DNA of 64,000 nt, from assembly GCA_022843285.1 (NCBI GenBank), contig JALHNY010000001.1, positions 79,128 through 143,127 on the forward strand, given 5' to 3'. Every line of letters starts with the position of its first letter. Position 1 is the first letter of the stretch. The translations under genes and the position numbers were made by a program. Positions 1 to 9,285 of this stretch are shown here, in pieces. The notes beneath the pieces are model-generated. The model did not search any database, had not been told where the DNA came from, and saw only the letters and a list, made by a program, of their open reading frames with translations. The DNA comes from Minisyncoccota bacterium (GTDB lineage: Bacteria; Patescibacteriota; Minisyncoccia; UBA6257; 2-01-FULL-56-20).

Positions 1-1
1 G

Positions 2-1012
2 TTGCCAGATATAGAGGAGAGGATGAAGGTGGCGGGAGAATATCTGAATTCTGATCGGGAACCTGCGGGAGGGTGCGAATGCGTATACAAGGCACGTAAG
101 AAGCACTGTACGAGTTTCCAGCTATCAAACCCGCATATACCCGATTATTCCGTTCACGATTTGTCTGGCGTAAGTAAGAAGAAACTCGACCTTTTCGTCG
201 CGCGAGGCATCTTTGACCTGAACGATATTCCCGATGATTTTGAGCTGACAGAAAATCAAAAGAATCAAGTACTCGCGCACCAGCGGCAGAAGCCAATGAT
301 TGATACAAGGAGGATACAAGAGGAGCTTGGCACGCTTACATTCCCGCTCTATTTCTTCGACTACGAAGCATTCGGCCCAGCGATACCTGCATTCAGTGGA
401 TACGGTCCGTACAAACATATCCCGTTCCAGTTTTCTCTTCATGTACTTCGCACTTCCGATAGTCCCCTTGAGCACATAGAGTTTCTCCATGAGGATTTGT
501 CCGATCCGTCAGAGCGAGTTACCGAACTACTCAAAGAGCACGTGCCGCCCGGGGGAACCGTCATCGCGTGGTATAAGCACTTTGAGAGGATGGTCTGCAA
601 AGAAATTGGAGTGCGTTTGCCGCAACACGCTGCGTTTTTTGAGGAGTTCAACGGCCGCATTTACGATCTCATGGATGTGTTCCATGACCAGTACTACGTA
701 CACCCTGGCTTCAAGGGGAAGAGTTCTATAAAGAAAGTGCTACCGACACTTGCCGCTGATTTACGCTATGACCTTCTGAATATCAAAGAAGGCGGTCAGG
801 CCGCCGATGCGTGGTGGCGCATGGTATCGCCAGCTACTTCTCCCGAGGAGAAAGAACAAATCGCCCATGACCTTAAGGTGTATTGCGGCTTCGATACGTA
901 TGCTATGTATGCCATTTGGCATCATCTACATGAAATGGTTGCTGACGGCACAGTGTCCGCTCGATCCCTGTACGCGCCTATTCACGAGAATGAGAGATCA
1001 AACACCAAGTAA
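2..1012 (+). CDS. Nuclease-family domain protein (DUF2779-like; PD-(D/E)XK superfamily suspected), 5' end outside window
   Basis: ORF open to window edge; motifs FDYEAFGPAIP and VYCGFDTYAMYAIWHHL recalled from DUF2779-type proteins; region is lower GC (~48%) than rest of window. Confidence 0.4.
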   Translation: MPDIEERMKVAGEYLNSDREPAGGCECVYKARKKHCTSFQLSNPHIPDYSVHDLSGVSKKKLDLFVARGIFDLNDIPDDFELTENQKNQVLAHQRQKPMIDTRRIQEELGTLTFPLYFFDYEAFGPAIPAFSGYGPYKHIPFQFSLHVLRTSDSPLEHIEFLHEDLSDPSERVTELLKEHVPPGGTVIAWYKHFERMVCKEIGVRLPQHAAFFEEFNGRIYDLMDVFHDQYYVHPGFKGKSSIKKVLPTLAADLRYDLLNIKEGGQAADAWWRMVSPATSPEEKEQIAHDLKVYCGFDTYAMYAIWHHLHEMVADGTVSARSLYAPIHENERSNTK

Positions 1013-1167
1013 GCCTATTGCTTTTAAAGCAGACACCTTCACAGAGGAGAGACTTTCTTTCCCGATTGTTCTTTATCCGGGGCATTATGGAGCGTGTTTT
1101 GCCTTCAAACAAAACACCGATATGACACGCAGCATTCCTGTGATTTTCACGACATCACTCTGAAGGC

Positions 1168-1179
1168 TATACTCCCCCC
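1168..1179 (+). promoter_or_regulatory. -10-like TATACT box 6 nt upstream of ATG (leaderless-type promoter)
   Basis: ggcTATACTccccccATG; same architecture recurs across window. Confidence 0.4.
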
Positions 1180-1707
1180 ATGAACTCCAAAAAAGGTTTC
1201 TCGACACTTTCTGTGCTTCTCGTAATCGCGGGTATCGCGGTGCTCGCCGCGGCTGGGTACATCTTCGTGCAGTCCCAGGCCACCGATACAACCGCAAACA
1301 ATCCTTCTCCGTCTCCGGCAGCTCAGGAGAACGCTGACGTGCGTGGCCCCCGCCCCACTGAATCCGAAGAGATCTCCGCCACCTGGCAGCTCACCGATGC
1401 CGGCGAGCGTGAGAACATTCCGTACACGAACGTCGCCGTCACGGTGAACGGCAAGGCGTACGACATGGGCAGCTTCGCGGGCAGCTGCAGCGAAATTGGC
1501 GAGAGCGGCGGCGTAGACGGCAAGGGTCTCCTCGCCGGTGAGCTGTTCGCGGTCCAGTGCTGGTTCGCCGGTGGCGGCGACGAGATTGGTGTCTTCGCAC
1601 ACGAGGACGGCGGCTTCGAGATTCTCGTCGGGCAGCTCGGGGAGCCCACCGAGGGCTCAGCTGGCTTCCGCGGCAACTTCACGGTCAAGCACTCCGTTCC
1701 GCTCTAA
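1180..1707 (+). CDS. Small signal-anchored/secreted protein, function unknown
   Basis: N-terminal KKGFSTLSVLLVIAGIAVLAAAGY hydrophobic segment (pilin-like but lacks conserved Glu5), then Gly/Glu-rich soluble domain; followed by hairpin terminator. Confidence 0.5.
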   Translation: MNSKKGFSTLSVLLVIAGIAVLAAAGYIFVQSQATDTTANNPSPSPAAQENADVRGPRPTESEEISATWQLTDAGERENIPYTNVAVTVNGKAYDMGSFAGSCSEIGESGGVDGKGLLAGELFAVQCWFAGGGDEIGVFAHEDGGFEILVGQLGEPTEGSAGFRGNFTVKHSVPL

Positions 1708-1720
1708 GCGCGACGGAAAA

Positions 1721-1750
1721 AAAGCCCGGCACTAGTTGCCGGGCTTTCTG
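1721..1750. terminator. Bidirectional rho-independent terminator (AAAAAAAGCCCGGCActagtTGCCGGGCTTTCT)
   Basis: perfect 9-bp stem, A-run on one side and T-run on other, between convergent genes; stop codon of helicase lies in loop. Confidence 0.6.
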
Positions 1751-3054
1751 CTGTACCCACCGGAGCTGCGCTGGGGTCCGCGCGGCGTGCGTCGGCGCGG
1801 GGGACGGCTGCTCGAGCCGGAGGGTGACGCCCCGGGGCCGCCGGAGGTCCTGCGCGCGCCACGGTTGCCGCGCCCGCCGGGGCCGCGGAACCCGCCACCT
1901 CGTGCCGGGCGGCGCGGCTCGTCGGAGTACGTGCGGGTTGGCGGCTCGATGCTGCCCGCCGCGCGGGGCATGGCCATCTTCATGAGGCGCTCGATCTCCT
2001 CGACGTCGCGCTTCTGGTCCGGCGCGGCGAACGAGATCGCGTGGCCGGATGCCCCCGCCCGCGCGGTGCGCCCGATGCGGTGCACGTAGTCCTCGGCGTC
2101 CATGGGGAGGTCGTAGTTGACGACGAGCTCGATGCCCTGGACGTCGATGCCGCGCGCGGCAATGTCGGTGGCGACCATGACGCGGTACTTGCCGCGCTTG
2201 AAGCCCTCGAGCGCCTCGCGGCGCTGCGCGAGCGAGCGGTTGCCGTGGATCTCGGTCGAGGAGTGGCCCGCCTTGCGGATGGCGAGCGCGAGCTTCTTCG
2301 CGCCGTGCTTGGTGCGCGTGAAGACGAGCGTCGTGCCCTTGTACTCGCCGAGCACCTTCGCGAGGAGTGCTTCCTTGTCCGGGCGGTGCACGAAGTACAC
2401 CTCCTGGGAGACGTTCGTCGCCACGGTCCCGGGCGGCGCGATCTCGACGTGGGTCGGCATGCGCATCTGCGACTGCGCGATGGCGATGATGGGCTTGGGC
2501 ATCGTCGCGGAGAAGAGGAGCGTCTGCTTGCTCGCGGGGATAGCCGCCAGGATGTCCTTGAGCTGCGGCAGGAAGCCCATGTCCAGCATGCGGTCCGCCT
2601 CGTCGAGGACGAGGATGTTGATCCGGTTCAGGTGCAGCCTCTTCTGCTTCATGAGGTCGTTGATGCGGCCCGGCGTGCCGATGATGAAGTGGGGGTTGGC
2701 GCGGAGTCCGGACACCTGGCGGTTCTGGCTCTCGCCGCCGACCACGAGGACGCTCTTGAGCCCGAGCGGCTGGGCGAGCGGGCGGAGCGCCTCCTGCACC
2801 TGCTGGGCCAGCTCGCGCGTGGGCAGCACGACGAGCGCGAGGTTGCCCCGCAGCGCGCCCGCAATCAGCGGGATGCCGAAGGCGAGCGTCTTGCCCGTGC
2901 CCGTCTGGGCGAGGCCGATGACGTCCTGACCCTGCATGGCGAGGGGAATGGACTTCTCCTGGATGGGGGTGGGCGTGGTGAACTTCAGCTTGTCGAGCAC
3001 GCCGAGCACCTTCGGCGGGATGCCGAGGCCGTAGAACGAGGGGGAACCTTCCAT
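1732..3054 (-). CDS. DEAD-box ATP-dependent RNA helicase with C-terminal RG/P-rich tail
   Basis: PTPIQ, AQTGTGKT, VLDEADRMLDMGF, SAT, HRIGRTARAG motifs; start chosen at MEGSPSF (ATG 3052-3054) because TACAGT-N5-ATG leaderless box precedes it; ORF extends to 3108. Confidence 0.9.
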   Translation of the reverse strand: MEGSPSFYGLGIPPKVLGVLDKLKFTTPTPIQEKSIPLAMQGQDVIGLAQTGTGKTLAFGIPLIAGALRGNLALVVLPTRELAQQVQEALRPLAQPLGLKSVLVVGGESQNRQVSGLRANPHFIIGTPGRINDLMKQKRLHLNRINILVLDEADRMLDMGFLPQLKDILAAIPASKQTLLFSATMPKPIIAIAQSQMRMPTHVEIAPPGTVATNVSQEVYFVHRPDKEALLAKVLGEYKGTTLVFTRTKHGAKKLALAIRKAGHSSTEIHGNRSLAQRREALEGFKRGKYRVMVATDIAARGIDVQGIELVVNYDLPMDAEDYVHRIGRTARAGASGHAISFAAPDQKRDVEEIERLMKMAMPRAAGSIEPPTRTYSDEPRRPARGGGFRGPGGRGNRGARRTSGGPGASPSGSSSRPPRRRTPRGPQRSSGGYSRKPGN

Positions 3055-3144
3055 GGGCGCACTGTACCACGGACGGAGCCCGCGTGCGTGGCGGCAGCTC
3101 CTTGTCACTACGCCCCGCTGTCAGTATTCTTTTCCCCGACCTGA

Positions 3145-3217
3145 GCCCCTATAGCTCAGTTGGTAGAGCAGCTCCCTTTTAAGGAGACGGTCCTAGGTTC
3201 GAGCCCTAGTGGGGGCA
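3145..3217 (+). tRNA. tRNA-Lys (anticodon UUU)
   Basis: 73-nt cloverleaf folded by hand: acceptor GCCCCTA/TAGTGGGGGC, D-arm GCTC..GAGC, anticodon loop CTTTTAA, T-arm CTAGGTTCGAGCCCTAG; no encoded CCA. Confidence 0.9.
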
Positions 3218-3239
3218 CACCCTTTGCGTTTCTCAAGTC

Positions 3240-4493
3240 ATGACATCACACCCAAAGACGTTCCTCGGCATCATCATCGCCCTGACGGTGCTCGCCGGCG
3301 TCTTCGTGTACCCCTGGTCTCCGCTCGCGCAGTACCGGCCGTGGCGCCTCGGCCTCGACCTGGTCGGCGGGTCGCACCTGACGTACCAGGTTGACCTCTC
3401 GAGCGTCGCCGAGGCGGACCGCCCGTCCGTCCTCTCGGGCCTGCGCGACGTCATCGAGCGGCGCGTGAACCTCTTCGGCGTCAGCGAGCCGCAGGTGTAC
3501 GTCGCATCGAGCGGTGACACCAGCAACCTCGTCGTCGAGCTCGCGGGCATCCGCGACGTGGGGGAGGCCATCAAGCAGATCGGCGAGACCCCGCTCCTCG
3601 ACTTCCGCGAGGTTGAGGTCACCGGCAGCTCGACGGAGGACGTGCGGTTCATCCCGACCCCCCTCACCGGGCGCTTCGTCACGGGCGCGCAGGTGGTGTT
3701 CGACCCGAACACGCGCGCGCCGCAGGTCGCCCTCTCCTTCAACAGCGAGGGCGCGAAGATTTTCGCCGACCTGACCGAGCGCAACATCGGCAACCCGATC
3801 GCCATCTTCCTGGACAACAACATGATCTCGAGCCCGGTGGTGAACGACAAGATCACCGACGGCAACGCGGTCATCACGGGCGTCTCGCTCGAGGAGGGCA
3901 AGCAGCTCTCGGAGCGCTTCAACGCCGGCGCGCTGCCCGCGCCCATCGAGCTCGCGAGCCAGCGCACCGTGGACCCGTCCCTCGGCACGAACTCGCTGAA
4001 GACCGCCGCCGTCGCCGGCATGGTCGGCACGCTCGCGGTCATGCTCTTCATGGTCGCGTACTACCGCGTCCGCGGCCTGTACGCGGCGCTCGCGCTCGTC
4101 ATCTACGTCATCCTGACGCTCGCGCTCTTCAAGCTCATTCCGATCACCATGACGCTCGCGGGCCTCGCCGGCTTCATCCTGACCATCGGCATGGCCGTGG
4201 ACGCCAACATCCTCATCTTCGAGCGCATCAGGGAGGAGGAGCGGGACGGCAAGTCGCGGCACGCGGCCATCGTGGAGGGCTTCCAGCGCGCGTGGCCGAG
4301 CATCCGTGACTCCAACGTGAGCTCCATCATCACGGCGGTCATCCTGTACTACTTCACGAGCGGCTTCGTGCGCGGCTTCGCCCTGACGCTCCTCTTCGGC
4401 GTCCTCGTGTCCATGTTCTCCGCGATCACCACGACGCGCCTCTTCCTCCTCGCCTTCGCACCCAAGTCGCGCCCCGCGCACCACGCACGCTAA
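3240..4493 (+). CDS. secD: Protein translocase subunit SecD
   Basis: N-terminal TM, LDLVGGSHLTYQVD motif, C-terminal 6-TM SecD/SecF domain; stop overlaps secF start (TAATG). Confidence 0.9.
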   Translation: MTSHPKTFLGIIIALTVLAGVFVYPWSPLAQYRPWRLGLDLVGGSHLTYQVDLSSVAEADRPSVLSGLRDVIERRVNLFGVSEPQVYVASSGDTSNLVVELAGIRDVGEAIKQIGETPLLDFREVEVTGSSTEDVRFIPTPLTGRFVTGAQVVFDPNTRAPQVALSFNSEGAKIFADLTERNIGNPIAIFLDNNMISSPVVNDKITDGNAVITGVSLEEGKQLSERFNAGALPAPIELASQRTVDPSLGTNSLKTAAVAGMVGTLAVMLFMVAYYRVRGLYAALALVIYVILTLALFKLIPITMTLAGLAGFILTIGMAVDANILIFERIREEERDGKSRHAAIVEGFQRAWPSIRDSNVSSIITAVILYYFTSGFVRGFALTLLFGVLVSMFSAITTTRLFLLAFAPKSRPAHHAR

Positions 4494-5383
4494 TGTTCAA
4501 CATCGCAAAGCTCCGCAACCTGTACCTCGGCATCGCGGCCGTGCTCCTCATCGCCGCCATCTCGCTGATCGGCAAGTACGGCTTCGAGCTCGGCATCGAC
4601 TTCACCGGTGGTGCGCTCTGGGAGGTCTCCGTCCCGTCCGCGACCCCCGAGCAGCTCGGGTCGGCGATCAGCGCGTCGACGGACACCACGGCGCACGTCA
4701 GCACGGACGCGACGAGCGGCCACTACCTCGTCCGCCTCGGCGACGCGTCGCCGGAGCTGTACCAGAACGTGCGCACCGTCGTGGGCGAGCAGTTCGGCGA
4801 GTACTCGGAGCACAGCTTCCAGTCCATCGGCCCGTCCGTGTCGGGCAAGCTGCGCACGGGCGCGCTCGCCGCGATCATCACGGTCATCACCCTGATCTCG
4901 CTCTACATCGTCTTCGCGTTCCGCGGCGCGACGGGCACCCTCGGCAGCTGGGCGTACGGCGTGTCGACGCTCGTCACGCTCTTTTACGACGTAGCCCTCC
5001 CGTCCGCGGTCATCGCCGTGCTCGGCCACTACGGGCAGGTCGAGCTCGACACGAACTTCGTCGTGGCGCTCCTGGTCATCATGGGCTTCTCGGTGCACGA
5101 CACCATCGTGGTGTTCGACCGCGTCCGCGAGAACCTGCGCACGACGCGGGGGACACTCGGCGAGATCGTGAACGCGTCCGTGCGCCAGACCCTCGCCCGC
5201 TCGCTCAACACCTCGTTCACCCTGGTCCTGGTGCTCATCGCCCTCCTGGTCCTGGGGCCGCCCACCCTCTGGTACTTCATCCTGATCCTCCTGATCGGCA
5301 CCGTCGGGGGAGCGTACTCGTCCATTTTCGTGGGCGCCCCCATCCTCCTGCTTTTCGGCCGAAAATCCGGGAAAAAGGGGTGA
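4493..5383 (+). CDS. secF: Protein translocase subunit SecF
   Basis: GIDFTGGALWEV motif and C-terminal SecDF TM bundle. Confidence 0.9.
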   Translation: MFNIAKLRNLYLGIAAVLLIAAISLIGKYGFELGIDFTGGALWEVSVPSATPEQLGSAISASTDTTAHVSTDATSGHYLVRLGDASPELYQNVRTVVGEQFGEYSEHSFQSIGPSVSGKLRTGALAAIITVITLISLYIVFAFRGATGTLGSWAYGVSTLVTLFYDVALPSAVIAVLGHYGQVELDTNFVVALLVIMGFSVHDTIVVFDRVRENLRTTRGTLGEIVNASVRQTLARSLNTSFTLVLVLIALLVLGPPTLWYFILILLIGTVGGAYSSIFVGAPILLLFGRKSGKKG

Positions 5384-5391
5384 GCCGAGCC

Positions 5392-5420
5392 TTGACGTAT
5401 CAGCCAAACTAAGTCATTAT
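5392..5420 (+). promoter_or_regulatory. sigma70-like promoter TTGACG-N17-CATTAT, ~15 nt before ATG 5436
   Basis: cTTGACGtatcagccaaactaagtCATTATtatcccacaaaaccgATG. Confidence 0.35.
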
Positions 5421-5435
5421 TATCCCACAAAACCG

Positions 5436-6467
5436 ATGTCCATCAACAAACTCATCGAGAACGCGTGGTCCCACCTCCAGCCCCGCCAGCAGGACATCCT
5501 CGCTGGCCGCTTTGGCGTCGGCGAGTACGACGAGCAGCAGACCCTCGCGGCTCTCGGCGACCGGTACGGCATCACGCGCGAGCGCGTCCGGCAGATTGAG
5601 TCCGCCGCGCTCGCATCGCTGCGCGAGGGCCTCTCCGAGTACCCCGAGGCGAAGGCCCTCGTGGAGAAGGTGCGCAAGGTGGTGAAGGAGCACGGGGGAG
5701 TGGCGTCCGTCGACCAGGTCATCGCGGGCACCCGCGCCGACGCGAAGGACATCACGCCGAACTCCCTGCAGCTCATCATCCGCGCGATGAACAGCATCCA
5801 CTACCACGCGGGTGACGACCGCTTCGTCGCCGCGTACGCGACCGACGCCGCGACCTTCAAGCAGGCCTCCGAGACCGTGTCGGCGTGGATCAAGCTCCTC
5901 GAGCAGAAGAAGGGCTCGGTCATCTCCGGTGACGCGTACCGCAAGCTGCTCTCGTCCTTCAGCAAGGACCGGGGCGTGCCGCTGCGCCACCTCGAGCACT
6001 TCGCGTCCCTCTCGAAGCAGATCGTCACGAACTCGTACGGCGAGACCGGCCTGTCCCACTGGACCGAGGTGAACCCGCGCACGGTCCGCGACCAGATCTA
6101 CCTCATCCTGCGCAAGCACGACGCGCCGCTCCACTTCGAGGAGATCGCGACCGCCATCAACAAGAGCGGCATCTCGGCGCGCCCGGCGCTCTCTGCGACC
6201 GTGCACAACGAGCTCATCAAGGACGAGCGCTTCGTGCTCGTCGGCCGCGGCAAGTACGCGCTCGCCGAAGCTGGGTACGAGCCCGGCACCGCCCGCGACG
6301 TGGTGCACCGCATCCTGTCCCAGAAGGGCCCGCTCACCCCGCCCGAGGTCATCCAGGCGGTGCAGAAGGAGCGCCTCTTCAAGCCGAACACCATTCTCGT
6401 GAACCTGCAGAACCGCCAGCACTTTACGCGCAACCCGGACGGCACGTACCAGGTTCGCGAAGCCTAG
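5436..6467 (+). CDS. HTH protein with sigma-70 region-4-like N-terminus and two C-terminal winged-helix-like repeats; first gene of 5-gene operon
   Basis: QTLAALGDRYGITRERVRQIESAAL resembles sigma70 region 4 HTH; repeated ...GKYALAE / ...GTYQV modules; 9-nt gap to next gene. Confidence 0.5.
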   Translation: MSINKLIENAWSHLQPRQQDILAGRFGVGEYDEQQTLAALGDRYGITRERVRQIESAALASLREGLSEYPEAKALVEKVRKVVKEHGGVASVDQVIAGTRADAKDITPNSLQLIIRAMNSIHYHAGDDRFVAAYATDAATFKQASETVSAWIKLLEQKKGSVISGDAYRKLLSSFSKDRGVPLRHLEHFASLSKQIVTNSYGETGLSHWTEVNPRTVRDQIYLILRKHDAPLHFEEIATAINKSGISARPALSATVHNELIKDERFVLVGRGKYALAEAGYEPGTARDVVHRILSQKGPLTPPEVIQAVQKERLFKPNTILVNLQNRQHFTRNPDGTYQVREA

Positions 6468-6476
6468 GCAGCTCGC

Positions 6477-7682
6477 ATGGACGTCATTCTCAGCCTCGTC
6501 GGTGGAGCGCTGCTTTTCGTGCTGTCCCTCTGGTGGATCGCGCTGCCCATCGCGCTCATCCCGCTGATTCTCTCGGCGCTCACGTTCTGGCGCCAGCAGC
6601 TGTACAAGGCCAAGTCCATGGAGTCCGTCCTCCTCGAGCTCCGCATCCCGCCGGACCTCCTGCGCAGCCCGCGGGCCATGGAGCAGGTCCTCATCGCCAT
6701 GCACGGCCTGAGGAACGCGCCGAAGACCTGGCGCCAGTACCACATCGACGGGCAGGTGACGCGCTGGTTCTCGTTCGAGATCGTGAGCGAGGGCGGCATG
6801 CTCCGCTTCTACGTGCGCACGCCCGCCGCGCTGCGCAACCTCGTCGAGGCCTCGCTCTTCTCCTACTACCCGGAGGTCGAGATCATCACCGTCCCGGACT
6901 ACGCCGCGGACATTCCCGACACCATCTACGAGATGGAGGCCAACGGCCTCGACGTGTGGGGCACCGAGATGACCGCCGCGAAGGACCCGGTCATCCCGTT
7001 CAAGACGTACGCCCACTTCGCCTCCGGCGAGAAGGACGGCATCGACCCGCTGTCTTCGCTGGTGGAGATCCTCGGTAAGATCAGGGCTGGCGAGTTCGCC
7101 GGCGTGCAGATCATCGCCGCGCCCGCGGACAGGAAGTGGAACTCCGGCGGGGGAGACCAGATCGCGAAGCTCAAGGAGTCGGGCATGCTCACCCCCGGGG
7201 AGTCTGCCTCCGTGAAGGAGATCGAGGAGAACGTGAGCAAGCCCGCCTTCAACACGCTCGTGCGCGTGCTCTACGTGGCGCCGAAGGAGGGCTTCAGCAG
7301 CGCGCTCGTCGCGAGCGGCGTCGGCAACGCGTACAACCAGCTCAGCGGCCCCAAGTACAACGCCTTCGCCCCGACGCAGGGGGTCGGGGGCAAGGGGGAG
7401 GCGCTCCGCTTCTCGAAGGCGCGCATGCTGTGGGCGTACCGCCGCCGCGCCATCCCCGAGTCCGAGTACATCGGCAAGGTGCTCACGAGCAACGGCAAGC
7501 TGCGCAACTTCTCCGAGCGCTGGGCGCCGATCAACGTCGAGGCGCTCGCCACGATGTTCCACCCGCTGACCTCGTCGGTGCTCACGGCCCCGCACATCGA
7601 GCGCCTCAGCTCGCGCCGCGTGTCGGCTCCCGCCGGGCTCCCGATCTACGGCGACGACGAAGCCATCAAGCGATTCCTGTAG
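6477..7682 (+). CDS. Membrane protein (N-terminal 2-TM hairpin + ~350 aa soluble domain), unknown function
   Basis: ILSLVGGALLFVLSLWWIALPIALIPLILSALTFW hydrophobic hairpin; tightly coupled (3-nt gaps) to downstream genes. Confidence 0.5.
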   Translation: MDVILSLVGGALLFVLSLWWIALPIALIPLILSALTFWRQQLYKAKSMESVLLELRIPPDLLRSPRAMEQVLIAMHGLRNAPKTWRQYHIDGQVTRWFSFEIVSEGGMLRFYVRTPAALRNLVEASLFSYYPEVEIITVPDYAADIPDTIYEMEANGLDVWGTEMTAAKDPVIPFKTYAHFASGEKDGIDPLSSLVEILGKIRAGEFAGVQIIAAPADRKWNSGGGDQIAKLKESGMLTPGESASVKEIEENVSKPAFNTLVRVLYVAPKEGFSSALVASGVGNAYNQLSGPKYNAFAPTQGVGGKGEALRFSKARMLWAYRRRAIPESEYIGKVLTSNGKLRNFSERWAPINVEALATMFHPLTSSVLTAPHIERLSSRRVSAPAGLPIYGDDEAIKRFL

Positions 7683-7685
7683 CCC

Positions 7686-8174
7686 ATGGAGACCATCTCA
7701 ACCGCCTACACCGTCTTGCAGATCTTCGTCATCGCGATTGACGCGGTGCTCGTCGCGCTCTTCGCGTGGGTGCTCTCCAAGGCGCACGCCGCCAAGCCGG
7801 ACATCATGGGTGCCCCCACCTCCACCACCGCGCAGACCGCGGCGACGAACCGGGCGAAGGCCGTGCAGGAGGCCTGGGCTGGCATCGAGGCCCAGGCTGC
7901 CCGCGGCGCCGAGGGGCAGCGCCTCGCCGTGATTGACGCGGACCGCCTCGCAGACCGCCTGCTCAAGGATGCCGGCTACGCGGGCGAGGGCGCGCTCGAC
8001 CGCATGCGTCAGCTCCCGGCCGACCGTCTCGCGACGGCCTCCGACCTGATGGCCGCGCACCGCTTCCGCAACCGCCTGGTGCACGAGGTCGGCTTCACCC
8101 CGTCAGACCGCGACCTGGAGAGCGCGCTCGCGCAGTACCGCGCGTTCCTCTCCGAGGTCGGGTACCTCCCGTAG
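7686..8174 (+). CDS. Small single-TM protein with alpha-helical soluble domain, unknown function
   Basis: N-terminal YTVLQIFVIAIDAVLVALFAWVL TM; operonic. Confidence 0.45.
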   Translation: METISTAYTVLQIFVIAIDAVLVALFAWVLSKAHAAKPDIMGAPTSTTAQTAATNRAKAVQEAWAGIEAQAARGAEGQRLAVIDADRLADRLLKDAGYAGEGALDRMRQLPADRLATASDLMAAHRFRNRLVHEVGFTPSDRDLESALAQYRAFLSEVGYLP

Positions 8175-8177
8175 CAG

Positions 8178-9284
8178 ATGGCAGAGAAGGGACAGAATCG
8201 CATCCAGCTCCACGCGGTGAAGTACTCGCCGCCGCCGGCCGATTTGCCGGTGTACGGCGCGAACTCCGGCGCGCAGATGACCGTGCTCGGGCGCAGCACG
8301 TACGTCGCCGCGCTCGACGAGCAGCGCTACGTGTACGGCATCCTCGAGGAGGATCGCGCCGCCGGCGTGCACGTGCTCGGCCGCGCCGGCATGGGCAAGA
8401 CGAAGCTGCTAGAGTCCATGGCCCGCCAGGACATCGCGGCCCGGCGCACCTTCGCCGTGATCGACGCGACGGGGAACCTGGCCACGAGCATCCTGCCGCT
8501 CCTCGACGGGGAGGCGAAGTCGCAGACGGCGCTCATCGGCAACGGCTGGGACGCGAGCGTCTCGCTCCTGCCGCGCTCCGGTGACGAGCTCCGCTTCGCG
8601 GACACGCTCGCCACCGCGACCGCCGAGTACGCGGGCACGAGCTTCGACCCGCTGCTCCGCCGCGAGCTCGCGGCCGTCCTGTCCTCGCAGAAGTTCGCTA
8701 CCGTTGCCGACCTCCTCCCCGCGCTTCCCGTGAAGCCCGTGATGGAGCCGGTGCGCGCGCTCCTCGAGGACCTGCTCGACCACCCGACCGCAAAGGCCGC
8801 GCTCTCCGGCACCCGCCCGATTGCCGGCAACGTCATCGCCGTGCTCTCGCCAGCGGACCTCGGCTTCTCGCGCGCCCGCGCCATCGCGCACCTGGTCAGC
8901 GACGCGGTGCTCTGGGCGCGCGAGCACGACGAGCTGCCCACGCCCTTCTACGTGGACGGCCTCGAGCTCCTGGGCGGCAGGGGAGGCGTGGCGCTCCTGC
9001 GCGACATGGCAGCCGCGAAGGTGCTGCCCGTCCTCGCGCACCGCGCCTACGCCGACGTGTCCGATGCGCTCCTGTCCGCCATGTCCGCAACGATTGGCAC
9101 CGAGGTCGCGTTCCGGCTCTCCGGCGAGGACGGCTCGCGCGCGCGCAACGAGTTCGCGCAGACCTTTGACGTGCGCGACTTCCTCGTGCTCGCCACCCGG
9201 CAGTGCTACGTGAGGCTCCAGATCAGGGGAGAGATTCGCGAGCCGTTCTCGGCGGAGACGCTGCCGCTCGTGGCCCCGAGATAG
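8178..9284 (+). CDS. P-loop ATPase, TraG/VirD4/TrwB (type IV coupling protein)-like, no TM segment, degenerate Walker B
   Basis: Walker A GRAGMGKTKLL; ...AVIDATGNL; C-terminal PFYVDGLELLGG...AHRAY resembles TraG-D_C but Walker B Glu replaced by Gly (VDGLE). Confidence 0.55.
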   Translation: MAEKGQNRIQLHAVKYSPPPADLPVYGANSGAQMTVLGRSTYVAALDEQRYVYGILEEDRAAGVHVLGRAGMGKTKLLESMARQDIAARRTFAVIDATGNLATSILPLLDGEAKSQTALIGNGWDASVSLLPRSGDELRFADTLATATAEYAGTSFDPLLRRELAAVLSSQKFATVADLLPALPVKPVMEPVRALLEDLLDHPTAKAALSGTRPIAGNVIAVLSPADLGFSRARAIAHLVSDAVLWAREHDELPTPFYVDGLELLGGRGGVALLRDMAAAKVLPVLAHRAYADVSDALLSAMSATIGTEVAFRLSGEDGSRARNEFAQTFDVRDFLVLATRQCYVRLQIRGEIREPFSAETLPLVAPR

Positions 9285-9285
9285 C

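Noticed and set aside
1180-1707. Calling 1180..1707 a type IV pilin
   Set aside because: The N-terminus is hydrophobic and begins KKGFS, but it lacks the conserved Glu at +5 and the G|F-T-L-I-E context. It is more consistent with a signal-anchor secreted protein.
1685-3108. Long ORFs 1685..3070(-), 2041..3144(+) and 2117..2929(+) overlapping the DEAD-box helicase gene
   Set aside because: They are frame-shadow ORFs typical of high-GC DNA. Their translations are Arg/Ala/Pro/Gly-rich low-complexity with no motifs. The helicase frame carries all conserved DEAD-box motifs.
5409-7595. 728-aa minus-strand ORF spanning the HTH and membrane-protein genes
   Set aside because: It has a GC-shadow composition (R/A/G/E/D-rich) and no motifs. 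The plus-strand genes have clean operon spacing and recognisable features.
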